Shown: positions 9,885-23,163 of the stretch, one piece after another
How the letters are laid out: each line of letters starts with the position of its first letter
Numbering within the stretch: position 1 is the first letter of the stretch
NCBI GenBank assembly: GCA_031414535.1
Contig: JANNVQ010000029.1
Span: forward strand, 64,001-128,000
From: Gemmatimonas sp.
Lineage (GTDB): Bacteria; Gemmatimonadota; Gemmatimonadetes; Gemmatimonadales; Gemmatimonadaceae
Length of the DNA: 64,000 nt
Direction of reading: 5' to 3'
Program-made: the position numbers and the translations under genes
The notes under the pieces: generated by a model
What the model was told of the DNA's origin: nothing
The model's input: only the letters and a program-made list of their open reading frames with translations
The model's database searches: none

Positions 9885-11470
9885 CGCGCGTTCAAAACCT
9901 CGATGCGGAGTGTGCCGACGAGCCGCAGGAGCTCGCCCTGACGCGTCAGTCCGCCAGAGACGAAACGCAGATGCGCCGCGTCAGCGGGGAACTGGCCAAA
10001 CGTGGGATCAACCGCCACCCATTCATTCATCCACACTTCAGGCCATGCGTGGTAGTAGAACTTCCCGTTCACGTAGGCTAGGCCGGTGGCGATGCGCGCG
10101 GGAATCCCAATCGCGCGCGCCAAGGCCACATAGAGCTGCGTGTGTTCGTTGCAATCGCCGCGCCGGTCGCGGAGCACCTGCACGGCACTCGGCACCGTGA
10201 TGGTGATTTCCTTGGCGATGGAATCGTACACCCAGGCGTTGATGCGCTCGGCGATGATGCGCGGGTCTCGCTCGTTGCCGGCGATGCGCACCGCGAGGTT
10301 CACGATGTCGCGATTGTTCACTTGGAGGAGCGGCTCTTCCCGCAGTTCCGCCGCGAAGCGCTCGCGGAAACCGCGTTGGCGCTCGTTCAGGCGCCAGGGT
10401 GCGCGCACCTGCAGCGGCGATTCCATCGTCACACGCAGCGTGTCGCCGTTCAGCGACTGACGGCCGCCTGCGAGGTCAAACGATTGCAGCGGCGTTCCCG
10501 ACAATCGCACCGAGAGCTGCCGGACGTTGCCATCGCCGGGAATGTCGCCTGCGGCGATTGCCGTACTCTCAATGAGACCGCCCGCACTGGCGGTCGTCGT
10601 GGCCGATGTTTGGTCGCGCGTACGACGCCAGTTCTCGAAGGCGATCTCGTATGCCATGCGGCGCACCACGATGCCACCGGGCTGCTGGGTCTGGACGACG
10701 TTGCCTTGGGCATCCACCCAGCCACTGAATCCACTGCCGTCTGTGGGCTCAAGCTTCCAGGCGCGCACGGTGTCGTCTCTCGCGCTCACAAAAAGATTCG
10801 TCGTCGAATCGTACTTGGCGCTGTCGGTGACGACGAACAAGGACTCGGCGGCAAAGGTCAGCCGCACTTCGGTGGCGGCCATCAGCCGCGGATCGAAGCT
10901 CGGCAGGGTGATAGTCTTGCCAACCTTTGGGTCGCCGCCAACGAGCATCGCGGCGGCGGGTAGCAGCGTGGGCACGAGGATCGGACCGTCCACCGCCACG
11001 CGCTGCGTGTCGCTGGGCTGGCCGGGCACACGCATCACGAAGCGCACGACCGAATCGCCTTCCACGCTGCCCGCCGCACTCATCGGCGAGTCGGGAATAT
11101 CGATCTGCACGTCAAAGCGCCTGAGCGCCAGCGCGCGCGACAGCGTGATGACGCTGCGAGCCGACGCGCGGAAGGATTGGCCGGCGAGCGGCAAGTCGGC
11201 GATGAAGTAGTCCAGCACCTCGAAGGTCGTGCCGCTGGTGTCAATGGTGGTGGACGCAAAGCCGATCTGGCGTCCGTCCTGTTCGACGACGAAGTAGATG
11301 GAGCCGGGCGCAAGCCGCATGGCGGCCTCCGCGAGAATCACCGATTGTTCGCGGAAAAATTCGCGCTGGACCAAGAGGCCAACGCCGGCGAGCCAAGCGA
11401 CGATGATGAGTGCGGCAGCGATGCTGCGTCCCCGGCGCTTGCCGGCGGCCATCTGAGTTCGCGTGGTCAT
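9881..11470 (-). CDS. membrane-anchored transglutaminase-like protein
   Basis: GDCNEH, HAW, DPT triad; N-terminal TM; ATG at 11470 chosen to avoid overlap with TPR gene. Confidence 0.85.
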   Translation of the reverse strand: MTTRTQMAAGKRRGRSIAAALIIVAWLAGVGLLVQREFFREQSVILAEAAMRLAPGSIYFVVEQDGRQIGFASTTIDTSGTTFEVLDYFIADLPLAGQSFRASARSVITLSRALALRRFDVQIDIPDSPMSAAGSVEGDSVVRFVMRVPGQPSDTQRVAVDGPILVPTLLPAAAMLVGGDPKVGKTITLPSFDPRLMAATEVRLTFAAESLFVVTDSAKYDSTTNLFVSARDDTVRAWKLEPTDGSGFSGWVDAQGNVVQTQQPGGIVVRRMAYEIAFENWRRTRDQTSATTTASAGGLIESTAIAAGDIPGDGNVRQLSVRLSGTPLQSFDLAGGRQSLNGDTLRVTMESPLQVRAPWRLNERQRGFRERFAAELREEPLLQVNNRDIVNLAVRIAGNERDPRIIAERINAWVYDSIAKEITITVPSAVQVLRDRRGDCNEHTQLYVALARAIGIPARIATGLAYVNGKFYYHAWPEVWMNEWVAVDPTFGQFPADAAHLRFVSGGLTRQGELLRLVGTLRIEVLNAR

Positions 11471-11498
11471 TCGGTGGGGAAGGAACGAATCATCGGGC

Positions 11499-12482
11499 TC
11501 ACGAGCGCTGCGCCTCGCGGGAACGGCGGTACCATTCCGCAGCTTCGGGCGGACGGCCCAGCCGGTCGAGTACCACACCAACTCCCTTGAACGCTCTCCA
11601 GTTCTCGGGGTCGAGTTGCGACGCACGCTCGTATGCGGCGCGCGCCTCTTCGAGGCGGTCTGTTTGGTTCAGCGCCTCGCCGATGAAGTAGTGCGCTAAA
11701 GCATGCTCGGGCGCCGCGGCCACACCCTTCTGCAAGGGCTCGACGGCGTCCTTCCAGCGGGCGCGGCGGCAGGCGAGGATGCCCGTCTGCACGAAGACTT
11801 CGGGATGATCGGGCTTGAGCTTCTCGGCCGCCTTGATGGCCTTGGCCGCGTCGTCGTAGCGGAGCATGGCGCCGAGGGCTGAGGCGCGAGCGCAGGTGAG
11901 CGAAAAGGCATCACCGCCGGCGGCTTCCGAGCGCTCGATGGTCTTGATGGCGCCAGCCGCATCGTTGGCCCGCTCCTGCGCGGTGATATAGGCCAAAGCC
12001 CGAGCGGTGTCGCCGGGCGTCTGCTCAAAAACGAGGCGCAGCACCTCGATTGTCGGGCGCTGCTGCCGTGCAATTGGCTCGTTGGTCGCGGCTGTGCGAA
12101 CCGGCGACGGCGAGGCTGCCGCACGAGCTGCCGCGCTGGCCGCCATAGCCTTGGGGTTCACCACGGCGCGAATCGGCAGGATGGGCGTCGCCTTGGTGGT
12201 TGGCGCGCTGACGCCATCAATACGACGCGCAACAAAGCGAGGCTCCTCCAGCTCCGAGTCGTCATACGACCACTCGCCACAGACGGGGGGCTCCCGGTGA
12301 GGGACTGCAACCATCTCGTCGGGCAGCGTGGCCGGGTCCACGACCGCGCCCTCGGCGTCGAAGACGCCGAGGGGAAGCTGGTAGGGATCTGGGGCGGAAC
12401 TGGGCTCGGAGTCCAAGGCGAGGAGGGAAGAGCGGAAATCGATGGTGAAAAGCGAAAATCGAGGAAACGACGGGGAGGACAC
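11499..12482 (-). CDS. TPR-repeat protein
   Basis: C-terminal TPR patterns (AHYFIGEAL, AFKGVGVVL...AAEWY); start uncertain. Confidence 0.75.
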   Translation of the reverse strand: MSSPSFPRFSLFTIDFRSSLLALDSEPSSAPDPYQLPLGVFDAEGAVVDPATLPDEMVAVPHREPPVCGEWSYDDSELEEPRFVARRIDGVSAPTTKATPILPIRAVVNPKAMAASAAARAAASPSPVRTAATNEPIARQQRPTIEVLRLVFEQTPGDTARALAYITAQERANDAAGAIKTIERSEAAGGDAFSLTCARASALGAMLRYDDAAKAIKAAEKLKPDHPEVFVQTGILACRRARWKDAVEPLQKGVAAAPEHALAHYFIGEALNQTDRLEEARAAYERASQLDPENWRAFKGVGVVLDRLGRPPEAAEWYRRSREAQRS

Positions 12483-12653
12483 GCTACTGGATTTCCCGCA
12501 AGGTGAACCCCGGGGGGAATCTAGTGGTTCGTCAGGGACTGGGCGCTGGGGAAGAACCGAAGGGAGGAGGGGGAGGAGACGGTCCCTGTCCCGTACCTCC
12601 TCCGTGAATCTGGGTTCCCCCTGCTCCTTGCTACCCCGCTATCTTCCCAGACT

Positions 12654-15479
<2,826 letters not shown>

Positions 15480-15548
15480 AGGTAGGCCGCCGAGGGGCTG
15501 ACGCATCAGCCTCCGCGGAGCGCGCGCATACTCAACCGGAGTACCCTC

Positions 15549-16850
15549 ATGTTTCGACGCCTGCTGCTCTCGCTCTCGTTCATCCCGCTTGCCGCGCAGA
15601 CCACCGAGGCCCAACGAACGAACGCGCCGTCTGAGCTGATGCGCTTGGTGGAGCAACGCCTCCCGGCCGTGATGCCCAAAGTCGTCGCTTGGCGGCGCGA
15701 CATCCACGAGCATCCGGAGCTCAGCTTTGAGGAACGTCGCACGGCGGCGCTGGTAGCCGCGCACTTGCGGTCGTTGGGACTTGAGGTGCAGACCGAAATC
15801 GGGCGCACGGGTGTCGTTGGCATCCTGCGCGGTGGCCGCCCCGGCCCAGTCATCGCCATGCGTGCGGACATGGACGGACTCCCGGTCACCGAGCAGGTTG
15901 AGCTCCCGTTCCGCAGCCGCGCTCGCGCGCAGTGGCAGGGCCAAGAGGTTGGAGTCATGCATGCCTGCGGACACGATAACCACGTCGCCATCCTGATGGG
16001 CGCCGCTGAAGTACTAGCCGGTATGCGAGATCAGATCCCAGGCACCATTAAGTTCGTTTTCCAGCCTGCGGAAGAAGGACTCGGTGGAGCCCGCGCCATG
16101 ATTACGGATGGCGTGAATCAGAATCCACGGCCTGATGCTTGGTTCGGGTTGCACGTATGGCCTACCCGTGTTGGCAGCATCGGCGTGCGGGCGGGCCCGG
16201 AGATGGCCGCCGCTGGCAACTTCCGCATCATCGTGAAGGGCGTGCAAACACACGGTTCGCAACCATGGTCGGGCGTTGACCCCATCGTGGTGTCGGCGCA
16301 AATCTTGCTCGGGCTGCAGACCATCGTGAGCCGACAGATCAACATCTCGCAGCTGCCGGCGGTGCTCACCGTTGGACAGATTCAAGGCGGGAACCGCAGC
16401 AACATCATTCCCGACTCGGTCGTGATGGTCGGGACGCTGCGCACCTTCGATGACGCGATGCGTGCCGACATCGCTCGCCGCATCGAGCGCACGGCGAGGG
16501 ATATCGCGAGCGCCGCCGGCGCCACCGCGATTGTGACCGTCGATCCCGCTGGGCTAGTGCTCGCCAACGACACCACGCTGACGAACCGGATGATCCCGGT
16601 GCTGCAGCGCAGCGCCGGGCAGGGCGGATTTTCGCTCATCAACCCGATCATGGGTTCCGAGGACTTCCCAGAGTTCACTCGGGACATCCCGGGCGTATTC
16701 TTCTTCCTCGGCGTAACGCCCATGGATCGTGACCTCGCGACCGTGTCGGCCAACCACTCACCGTATTTCTTTGCGGATGAAGGCGCGTTGGAGACCGGCG
16801 TGCGGGCGATGGCCAATCTTGCAGTTGAGTATTTGCGCGTGGGCAAGTAG
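15549..16850 (+). CDS. exported M20D family amidohydrolase
   Basis: RRDIHEHPEL, RADMD, MHACGHD, FQPAEEG, SEDF; signal peptide. Confidence 0.9.
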   Translation: MFRRLLLSLSFIPLAAQTTEAQRTNAPSELMRLVEQRLPAVMPKVVAWRRDIHEHPELSFEERRTAALVAAHLRSLGLEVQTEIGRTGVVGILRGGRPGPVIAMRADMDGLPVTEQVELPFRSRARAQWQGQEVGVMHACGHDNHVAILMGAAEVLAGMRDQIPGTIKFVFQPAEEGLGGARAMITDGVNQNPRPDAWFGLHVWPTRVGSIGVRAGPEMAAAGNFRIIVKGVQTHGSQPWSGVDPIVVSAQILLGLQTIVSRQINISQLPAVLTVGQIQGGNRSNIIPDSVVMVGTLRTFDDAMRADIARRIERTARDIASAAGATAIVTVDPAGLVLANDTTLTNRMIPVLQRSAGQGGFSLINPIMGSEDFPEFTRDIPGVFFFLGVTPMDRDLATVSANHSPYFFADEGALETGVRAMANLAVEYLRVGK

Positions 16851-16879
16851 CTCTTAGCCGCACAGAAGCGGCTCACGCA

Positions 16880-18541
16880 TCAGTAGCCGATCGCCAATCC
16901 GTCCTTTCGCGGATCGCTGCCACCAGCGTACCCGCGCGGCAGCCGGATGATAGCTTGCGCCCCGCCGAACGCGATGGGCGGCTGATCAATCAGCACGTGC
17001 CCCATTGCGACCAGCCCAGCGCGCACCGCATCCGTGATCGGCGCTTCTAGGGCCACGCGATATCCGTTGTAGTGGCGGAAGCGCGGAGCGTCGATCGCGG
17101 CTTGAATGTCCATCCCGAAGACAAAGTGGTTGAGCAGCATTTGTACGTGCCCCTGCGCCTGCACGCCGCCGCCCATGAGGCCGAAGCTCATATATGGCTG
17201 CTCGCGCCCGTTCACCGTCTGCGTGACGAAGCCCGGGATGAGCGTATGGAACGGCCGCTTGCCGGGTGCGACGGTGTTGGGCAGTCCCGGCGTGAGCGTG
17301 AAGCCGGCGCCGCGGTTGTGCAACGCGAAGCCCGTGCCCGGCACGACGACGCCCGAACCGAAGTAGTCATACACGGAGTTGATGAACGACACCATGTTCC
17401 CCTCGGCGTCGGCCGTGGTGAGGTACACGGTTTCGCTGCGTGTGCGGCTCGGGCCTGGCTCCACGCGCTCCTGTGCCCGCGTGGGATTCAGCAACTGCCG
17501 CCGCGCCGCGATGAATGCGTCACTCAGCATCTGCTCGGCGCTGAGCTCCAGATGGTCCGCATCGCCCACAAAGCGATCGAGGTCAGCGTAGGCGAGTTTC
17601 TTCGCTTCGATGAGGTGGTGCAGGTACGCCGGTGAGTTGTGCCCCATCGCTTGTAAGTCGTAGGGCTCGAGGATGCGCAACATCTCGAGCGCGGCGATGC
17701 CTTGGTTGTTTGGCGGCAGCTCCCACACGCGATAGCCGCGGAACGGCACGGAGATGGGAGTCACCCAGTTGGGCGCATTCGCGCGCATGTCGTCGAGCGT
17801 GAGGAATCCGCCGAGGCGCTCGACGTGGCGCACGATACGTTGGCCGAGCGTGCCGGAATAGAAGTGCGCGACGCCGCTGTCGGCGATGGCCTGCATCGTG
17901 CGGGCGAGATCAGGATTCGTGAACCAGTCACCAGCGCGCGGGGCGCGTCCGCGTGGCAGATAGGTCGCCGCCGCAGCGGAGTCGCGCTGCAGAAAGTCGG
18001 TCTGCTCCGTCCACTGCGCGGCGATGATCGGCGTCAAAGGGAATCCGTCGCGTGCGTAGCCGATGGCCGGCTGTAGCATCTGCGCGAGCGTCCGTGTGCC
18101 GTGTGCGCGCAGCAACGCATCCCAGCCCGCGAGCGCGCCGGGCACGGTGACGGACATGGCGCCCTGCTGCGAGCCCGCACGGAAGCCACGGGCAACCAGC
18201 GTGTCGCGCAGCATACGAGCCCCCGCGCGCCCGCTGGCGTTGATGGCCACGAGCCGCTGCTCCTTGGCGAGCCACACGATGGCGAACATATCCCCACCGA
18301 TGCCGGTCATGTGCGGCTCCGTCACGCCAAGGACGGCGGACGCGGCTACGGCGGCATCAATCGCGTTGCCGCCGCTACGCAACACCTCGAGCGCCGCAGC
18401 AGATGCGAGCGGTTGGCTGGTGGCGACCATTCCCTGCGGCGCGTACACGGTCGAGCGACCGGCGAGCGTGGTGGGGCGCTGGGCCAGGAGCGTGGTGAGT
18501 GGAAGCAGGGCCACGACGAGCGAGAGGGCTACGGTCCGCAT
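16880..18541 (-). CDS. ggt: gamma-glutamyltransferase
   Basis: GGNAIDAAVA, GIGGD, ET-VY autoprocessing Thr, PGKRPFHT, GSDPRKDG; signal peptide. Confidence 0.92.
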   Translation of the reverse strand: MRTVALSLVVALLPLTTLLAQRPTTLAGRSTVYAPQGMVATSQPLASAAALEVLRSGGNAIDAAVAASAVLGVTEPHMTGIGGDMFAIVWLAKEQRLVAINASGRAGARMLRDTLVARGFRAGSQQGAMSVTVPGALAGWDALLRAHGTRTLAQMLQPAIGYARDGFPLTPIIAAQWTEQTDFLQRDSAAAATYLPRGRAPRAGDWFTNPDLARTMQAIADSGVAHFYSGTLGQRIVRHVERLGGFLTLDDMRANAPNWVTPISVPFRGYRVWELPPNNQGIAALEMLRILEPYDLQAMGHNSPAYLHHLIEAKKLAYADLDRFVGDADHLELSAEQMLSDAFIAARRQLLNPTRAQERVEPGPSRTRSETVYLTTADAEGNMVSFINSVYDYFGSGVVVPGTGFALHNRGAGFTLTPGLPNTVAPGKRPFHTLIPGFVTQTVNGREQPYMSFGLMGGGVQAQGHVQMLLNHFVFGMDIQAAIDAPRFRHYNGYRVALEAPITDAVRAGLVAMGHVLIDQPPIAFGGAQAIIRLPRGYAGGSDPRKDGLAIGY

Positions 18542-18585
18542 CGGAAGTCCGGGAATTGCGTGAGAATGTTTTGGTCAGCGCGCAG

Positions 18586-18661
18586 GAGCGAGAGCCCTCC
18601 ACGTTCTACGCGGCCTGACCGCTTTGCGCACGGCCGCTACGAACGCGGAGGGCTCTCGCTC
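18586..18661. repeat. long intergenic hairpin 1
   Basis: gagcgagagccctccacgttc / gaacgcggagggctctcgctc, 20 of 21 pairs, plus inner gcggcc/ggccgc. Confidence 0.85.
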
Positions 18662-18713
18662 TCCCAAGCTCAGCGGCGGAACTCAGGTTGAACGCACTTC
18701 TGTTCATCAACCG

Positions 18714-18791
18714 CCGAGCGAAGGCCCGCAGGCCTGTAGGGACCGTGCTCGCAGAGGTCAGGTCCCGTAAGGCCTGCGGGCCTTCGCTCGG
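18714..18791. repeat. long intergenic hairpin 2
   Basis: Perfect 22-bp inverted repeat ccgagcgaaggcccgcaggcct / aggcctgcgggccttcgctcgg plus inner gggacc/ggtccc. Confidence 0.9.
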
Positions 18792-18818
18792 TACTTCAGG
18801 CACGCACAGAACCAGCGA

Positions 18819-20165
18819 CTACATCGCTACGTTCCGCTGTTGCTGCTTGATCTTCTCCATGTACTTCTTGAAGAAGTGCTTCTGGATGTCGTTCATGTCG
18901 ATCTCGCGGCCCTGGATATAGGCCTGTTCGATGTTCGTGGTCATATCCAGCGGCGTGCCAGTCGTAATGATCAGCGTCGCCTGCTTGCCGACCTCCAGCG
19001 AACCAACCTGATCGCTCACGCCTAGCATCTCGGCTGCGTTGATCGTCACAGCGCGAAGCGCCACTTCCTCCGGTAGACCGAAAGCGACCGCTACACCCGC
19101 GTCCCAAGGCAGACGATTGCTGTAAAGACCACCCGACTCGCCGGCGATGGCGAACTTCACACCCGCGGCGTGCAAACGCGCCGGCGTGCTATAGGCGCCA
19201 TCGTAGCCCTCATGATCGCGGCTAGGCGCGGCCATTGTGGATGTGAGGATCACTGACACGTTCTCGGCCCTGAGGCGGCTCGCCACGTGAATGGCGTCGC
19301 GGCCACCACGGATGACGAGGCGCAGGCCCTCGGCCTTGCCCCAGGTGAGCGCATCGTTGATCTGCGCCACACCGTCGGCTGCGACGACAACTGGGATTGT
19401 GCCGTTGAGCGCCGGAATCATCGCTGCGTACTTAGTGTTCGTACGCATCTGCTGGCCCGCGGCCAGCGCGTCGCGATACGCACGCGCCTCAGCGAAGAAA
19501 TCTTTCAGCTCCTGCACCTGCTCGGCGTAGGTCTTGGGCGCCGGCTGACGGGCGCCACCGGGACCGCCGGGGCCACCACCACCAAAGCGGCGCGGACGAG
19601 CGTTGGGGTCGGGCCAGTTGACGTTCAAGGCTGCCGCGCCCTTCAATGACATGTCTTCCCAGGTCCACCCTTCGAGCGACATCGCTGAGGAGAGGCCAGA
19701 AATCACACCACCGCCTGGCGTGGTGAAGGCCACGAGCACGCCCGCCGAGCGCGTGGTGCCGATGTGCCGGCTCTCCGCGTTGACGGCCACTTCGGCGCGC
19801 ACGTTCGGATTGAAGTCGCCAATCTCGTTGATGTCGTTGGATACATCCACGGCGCCGATCTCGGTAATGCCCACGGCACTGTACGCGTCAATGAGGCCCG
19901 GGTAGATGTGCTTGCCCGCGAGTTCGACGATTCGTGCGCCACGCGGAATCTCCACGTTCGCGCCAATTGCCACAATCCGACCGCCATCGAGTACGATCAT
20001 GCCGTTCTCGATGACGCCGTTGGTGACGGTGTGAATCGTCGCGCCGCGCAGCACAACCGGCTGCGACTGCGGCGCCACCGGCATCATCACCTGCGCGCTG
20101 GCGAGCGTAGCACTAGCCGCAACAAGGCCGACTGCGCCAATGATGTTTCGCTTGATTGCATTCAT
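18819..20165 (-). CDS. exported amidohydrolase-fold protein (metal motif degenerate)
   Basis: GKHIYPGLIDAYS, VTINAAEMLG, GSLEVGK; signal peptide from ATG 20165. Confidence 0.85.
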   Translation of the reverse strand: MNAIKRNIIGAVGLVAASATLASAQVMMPVAPQSQPVVLRGATIHTVTNGVIENGMIVLDGGRIVAIGANVEIPRGARIVELAGKHIYPGLIDAYSAVGITEIGAVDVSNDINEIGDFNPNVRAEVAVNAESRHIGTTRSAGVLVAFTTPGGGVISGLSSAMSLEGWTWEDMSLKGAAALNVNWPDPNARPRRFGGGGPGGPGGARQPAPKTYAEQVQELKDFFAEARAYRDALAAGQQMRTNTKYAAMIPALNGTIPVVVAADGVAQINDALTWGKAEGLRLVIRGGRDAIHVASRLRAENVSVILTSTMAAPSRDHEGYDGAYSTPARLHAAGVKFAIAGESGGLYSNRLPWDAGVAVAFGLPEEVALRAVTINAAEMLGVSDQVGSLEVGKQATLIITTGTPLDMTTNIEQAYIQGREIDMNDIQKHFFKKYMEKIKQQQRNVAM

Positions 20166-20166
20166 C

Positions 20167-23163
20167 TTACGGGCGCTCCTGCCCGGCGCCACGTGCCGGA
20201 CGATTGGTGGGATTGGCTTCCGGCGCGCTAGCGGCCAGCACAGCCTGAATCAGCAGATTGCGCTGACGCTCGACCTCGATGCGCAACGCCGCGTCTTCAG
20301 TGAGCGAGAAGTAACGACGTCCGTCCACCCACGTCTGCTCAGCTCTCGTGAACTGCGAGAGCGGGTTGCCGCTCCAGATCACGAAGTCGGCATCCTTTCC
20401 GGCTTCGAGCGAACCGACGCGATCTTGGATGGCCACTGCGCGCGCCGCTTGGTTGGTGACCGTGGAGAGCGCTTGGATTTCTTCCACGCCTGAGCGGAGA
20501 AGCTTGCCGGCCTCCCAGTTCATACGCGTGGAGATCTCAGCGTCGTCCGAGTGCAACGAGGTCACGACGCCGGCTTCCATCAGCAGGCGCGCGTTGTAGT
20601 TGGTGGCATCGTAGGACTCGAGCTTGAACGCGCCCCAGTCGCTCCACACCACGGCGGCCACGCCGGAATACTTGAGCTCGGTGGCAATCTTGTACGCTTC
20701 CACGCCGTGCTGCAGGGTCTGAATGCGGAAGCCAAACTCCTCGGCGAGGCGAATCAGCGCTAGGAATTCGTCGGCGCGGTAGCCGTGTGAGGAGACGAGG
20801 AGCTTTTGGTTCAGGATGTCGAGCAGGGCTTCCATACGCAGGTCGCGCCGCGGCGGGATACCGGCCTTGGTGCGGTCGTCATTCCAACGCTTCCACTCCG
20901 CTTCGTAGTCGCGCGCGGCGAGGAAGTGATCGCGAATGATTTCCTGCACGCCCATTCGCGTGTTGGGATAGCGGTTCGGATTGCGCTTGGGGTTCTCGCC
21001 GAGGGCAAACTTTACCGTGCGTGGCGCGTTCTCGAGCCGGAGCTGGTCGGGCAGCGAGCCCCACCGGTTCTTCACAAACACGTTCTCGCCACCAATCGGA
21101 TTCGCCGAGCCGTGCTTGACCATCTGCGTGGTGAGACCGCCGGCTAGCTGGCGGTACATCCAGATGTTGTTGTGCGTGAGCACGTCGCCCATTTGTACTT
21201 CGGGGACGATGGCGAAGCCGCTCTCATTCACCGCGCTCACGCCGGTGTGCGTGTGCGGATCAATGAGGCCCGGTGTGACGTGCTTGCCCGTGGCGTCAAT
21301 TTCCACGGCGCCGCGCGGTGCGGTGAGGCGCTGTCCAACCTGCACGACCTTGCCAGCGCGTACGAGCAAGTCAGCGTTCTCGAGACGGCCCTGCGGACCC
21401 TGCGTCCAAACAGTTGCATTGCGAACGAGCAGTACTGCCGGCTGCTCTGGCGGTGTCGCACGGCCAAACTCCATCGAAGGCCGCAACCACGGGAGGTTCA
21501 GTTCAGGAACCCGCGCTGCAACCGTACCGCGTGCGGGACCTTCGTACGCTTCGGTCCTCGTGCCGCGATACGCCGGGTCGGCGCCGTTGGGCAGGGACAT
21601 CCAGCCAAAGAATTCTTCACCGCGCACTGAGCCGGTGAGAAGGATTGTGCCTTGGTATCCGAGCGGCTCACCTTCGAAGGTCGCCTCGAGGCGGCCGGTC
21701 TCCGAGATGATGCGCGCTGATGCGAGGTTGACGGGGCGACGGTTCGGAAGTTCGATCGTTCCGCGCACGCGGTTGATCGGCCCTTCAATGCGCAGCGTGG
21801 CAGGGAAGCCCGCCGCGTCATCGGTCGTGATGGTCCACGTGCCGCGCGGATCAATCTGCACTGGGCGCGTCACGCCATAGCGCGTGCCCTGCACCCACAC
21901 GTCGCGCACGCTGGACTCTTCGGTGAAGAGGTCGCCATCTGCGACCACGAGATTCGCAACCTTGCCGGCGGCGATGGTGCCGTGCGTGCGCTCGATGCCG
22001 AGCCAAGCGGCCGGCACCGTGGTCAGTGCGGCTAGTGCCTTGTCTGCTGCCAGCCCGCGCGAGACGGCGATGCGCAGGTTCGGGAGGAATTGGTTGAGCG
22101 AAGAGAGGCCGTCAGTGGTAATTGCGAACGGCACGGCCGCGGCGGCTAACTGTGCCGCGTTCGTCGGCGCGAGGTACCAGTGACGGAGCTGTCCCAAGTT
22201 GACGTTGAGTGCGGCCTCGGGATTCGAGACCTCAGGCGCGTCAGGGAAGTTGAGCGGAATAATCAAAGGCTGCGTGCGGCCCTTTAACAGATCCACTAAG
22301 CGATACTCCTCGCCGCTCCCGCGGAACCAAGGCGTGAGCTTGTACTCGGTGGCGATCGCGAACGCGCGGAGATACTCCTCTTCGCTCGTCGTCTGGAAGA
22401 GCACCGGCTGACGGCCTTGTACGGCGCCGCCAAGTGCGGCGAGCGCCTCGCTGGTCTCCGGCGGCAGGATGGAACGACCGCTGCGCTCATAAGCAGCCTG
22501 TGCGCGGATGTACCACTCGGCGTCCATCAACGTCTGCTTCATTAGGGCAGTGGTGCCCATCGCCGAATTCGGGTAAGTACCGCCCAGCGTGAACGAGCGC
22601 TGGAAGCCGACCGACTGCACAATGTCAGGGCGAAGCACGCGCTCGCGAGCGCCGACATCGCTGAGGTTCACCACCGAGGCCTGACCGCGGAAGATGCCCT
22701 GCTTGGGGACGACGAGCGCGGTGCCGAAGCCGAGTGAGCGCAGGCTGCGACGCCGAGTGGTGTCGTCCTGGAAGCTGGACGTAGTGCTGTACCAAGCGCG
22801 CACTTGGGGATTCCAGTGCGTTGGGCCCACGTCGCCGCCTTGGGGTACTTCGCCGACGCCGAGGTCGGCGTGCGCGTCAATGAAGCCTGGGTAGACCGTT
22901 TGGCCCTTCAAGTCCCAGACGCGAGCGCCAGCCGGCGCTGCCTGATTGCGCGCCACCGAGACGATGAGGCCGTTGCGGATGACGATGGTCGCGTTCTCGA
23001 GCACTTGGCCTGGAGCGGTGACCACGCGCGCGCCGACGAGGGCGTGGTAGCCGGAGCCGTTGTCTCGCAGGCCAGTGACTGGCTCAGTGCGGGATGATTG
23101 TTGGGCTGGGAGTGCCGCGGTTACAAGCAGGCCGACGGCGACGAGGGAGCGAATCACTTTCAC
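20167..23163 (-). CDS. exported two-domain amidohydrolase
   Basis: PGFIDAHAD and PGLIDPHTH domains, KFALGENPK, HSD, GSLEAGKDAD. Confidence 0.88.
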   Translation of the reverse strand: MKVIRSLVAVGLLVTAALPAQQSSRTEPVTGLRDNGSGYHALVGARVVTAPGQVLENATIVIRNGLIVSVARNQAAPAGARVWDLKGQTVYPGFIDAHADLGVGEVPQGGDVGPTHWNPQVRAWYSTTSSFQDDTTRRRSLRSLGFGTALVVPKQGIFRGQASVVNLSDVGARERVLRPDIVQSVGFQRSFTLGGTYPNSAMGTTALMKQTLMDAEWYIRAQAAYERSGRSILPPETSEALAALGGAVQGRQPVLFQTTSEEEYLRAFAIATEYKLTPWFRGSGEEYRLVDLLKGRTQPLIIPLNFPDAPEVSNPEAALNVNLGQLRHWYLAPTNAAQLAAAAVPFAITTDGLSSLNQFLPNLRIAVSRGLAADKALAALTTVPAAWLGIERTHGTIAAGKVANLVVADGDLFTEESSVRDVWVQGTRYGVTRPVQIDPRGTWTITTDDAAGFPATLRIEGPINRVRGTIELPNRRPVNLASARIISETGRLEATFEGEPLGYQGTILLTGSVRGEEFFGWMSLPNGADPAYRGTRTEAYEGPARGTVAARVPELNLPWLRPSMEFGRATPPEQPAVLLVRNATVWTQGPQGRLENADLLVRAGKVVQVGQRLTAPRGAVEIDATGKHVTPGLIDPHTHTGVSAVNESGFAIVPEVQMGDVLTHNNIWMYRQLAGGLTTQMVKHGSANPIGGENVFVKNRWGSLPDQLRLENAPRTVKFALGENPKRNPNRYPNTRMGVQEIIRDHFLAARDYEAEWKRWNDDRTKAGIPPRRDLRMEALLDILNQKLLVSSHGYRADEFLALIRLAEEFGFRIQTLQHGVEAYKIATELKYSGVAAVVWSDWGAFKLESYDATNYNARLLMEAGVVTSLHSDDAEISTRMNWEAGKLLRSGVEEIQALSTVTNQAARAVAIQDRVGSLEAGKDADFVIWSGNPLSQFTRAEQTWVDGRRYFSLTEDAALRIEVERQRNLLIQAVLAASAPEANPTNRPARGAGQERP

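Noticed and set aside
12548..12640. Purine then pyrimidine tracts upstream of uvrA as another heptamer hairpin or SOS box
   Set aside because: Periodicity and complementarity are weak; no LexA box I can recognise.
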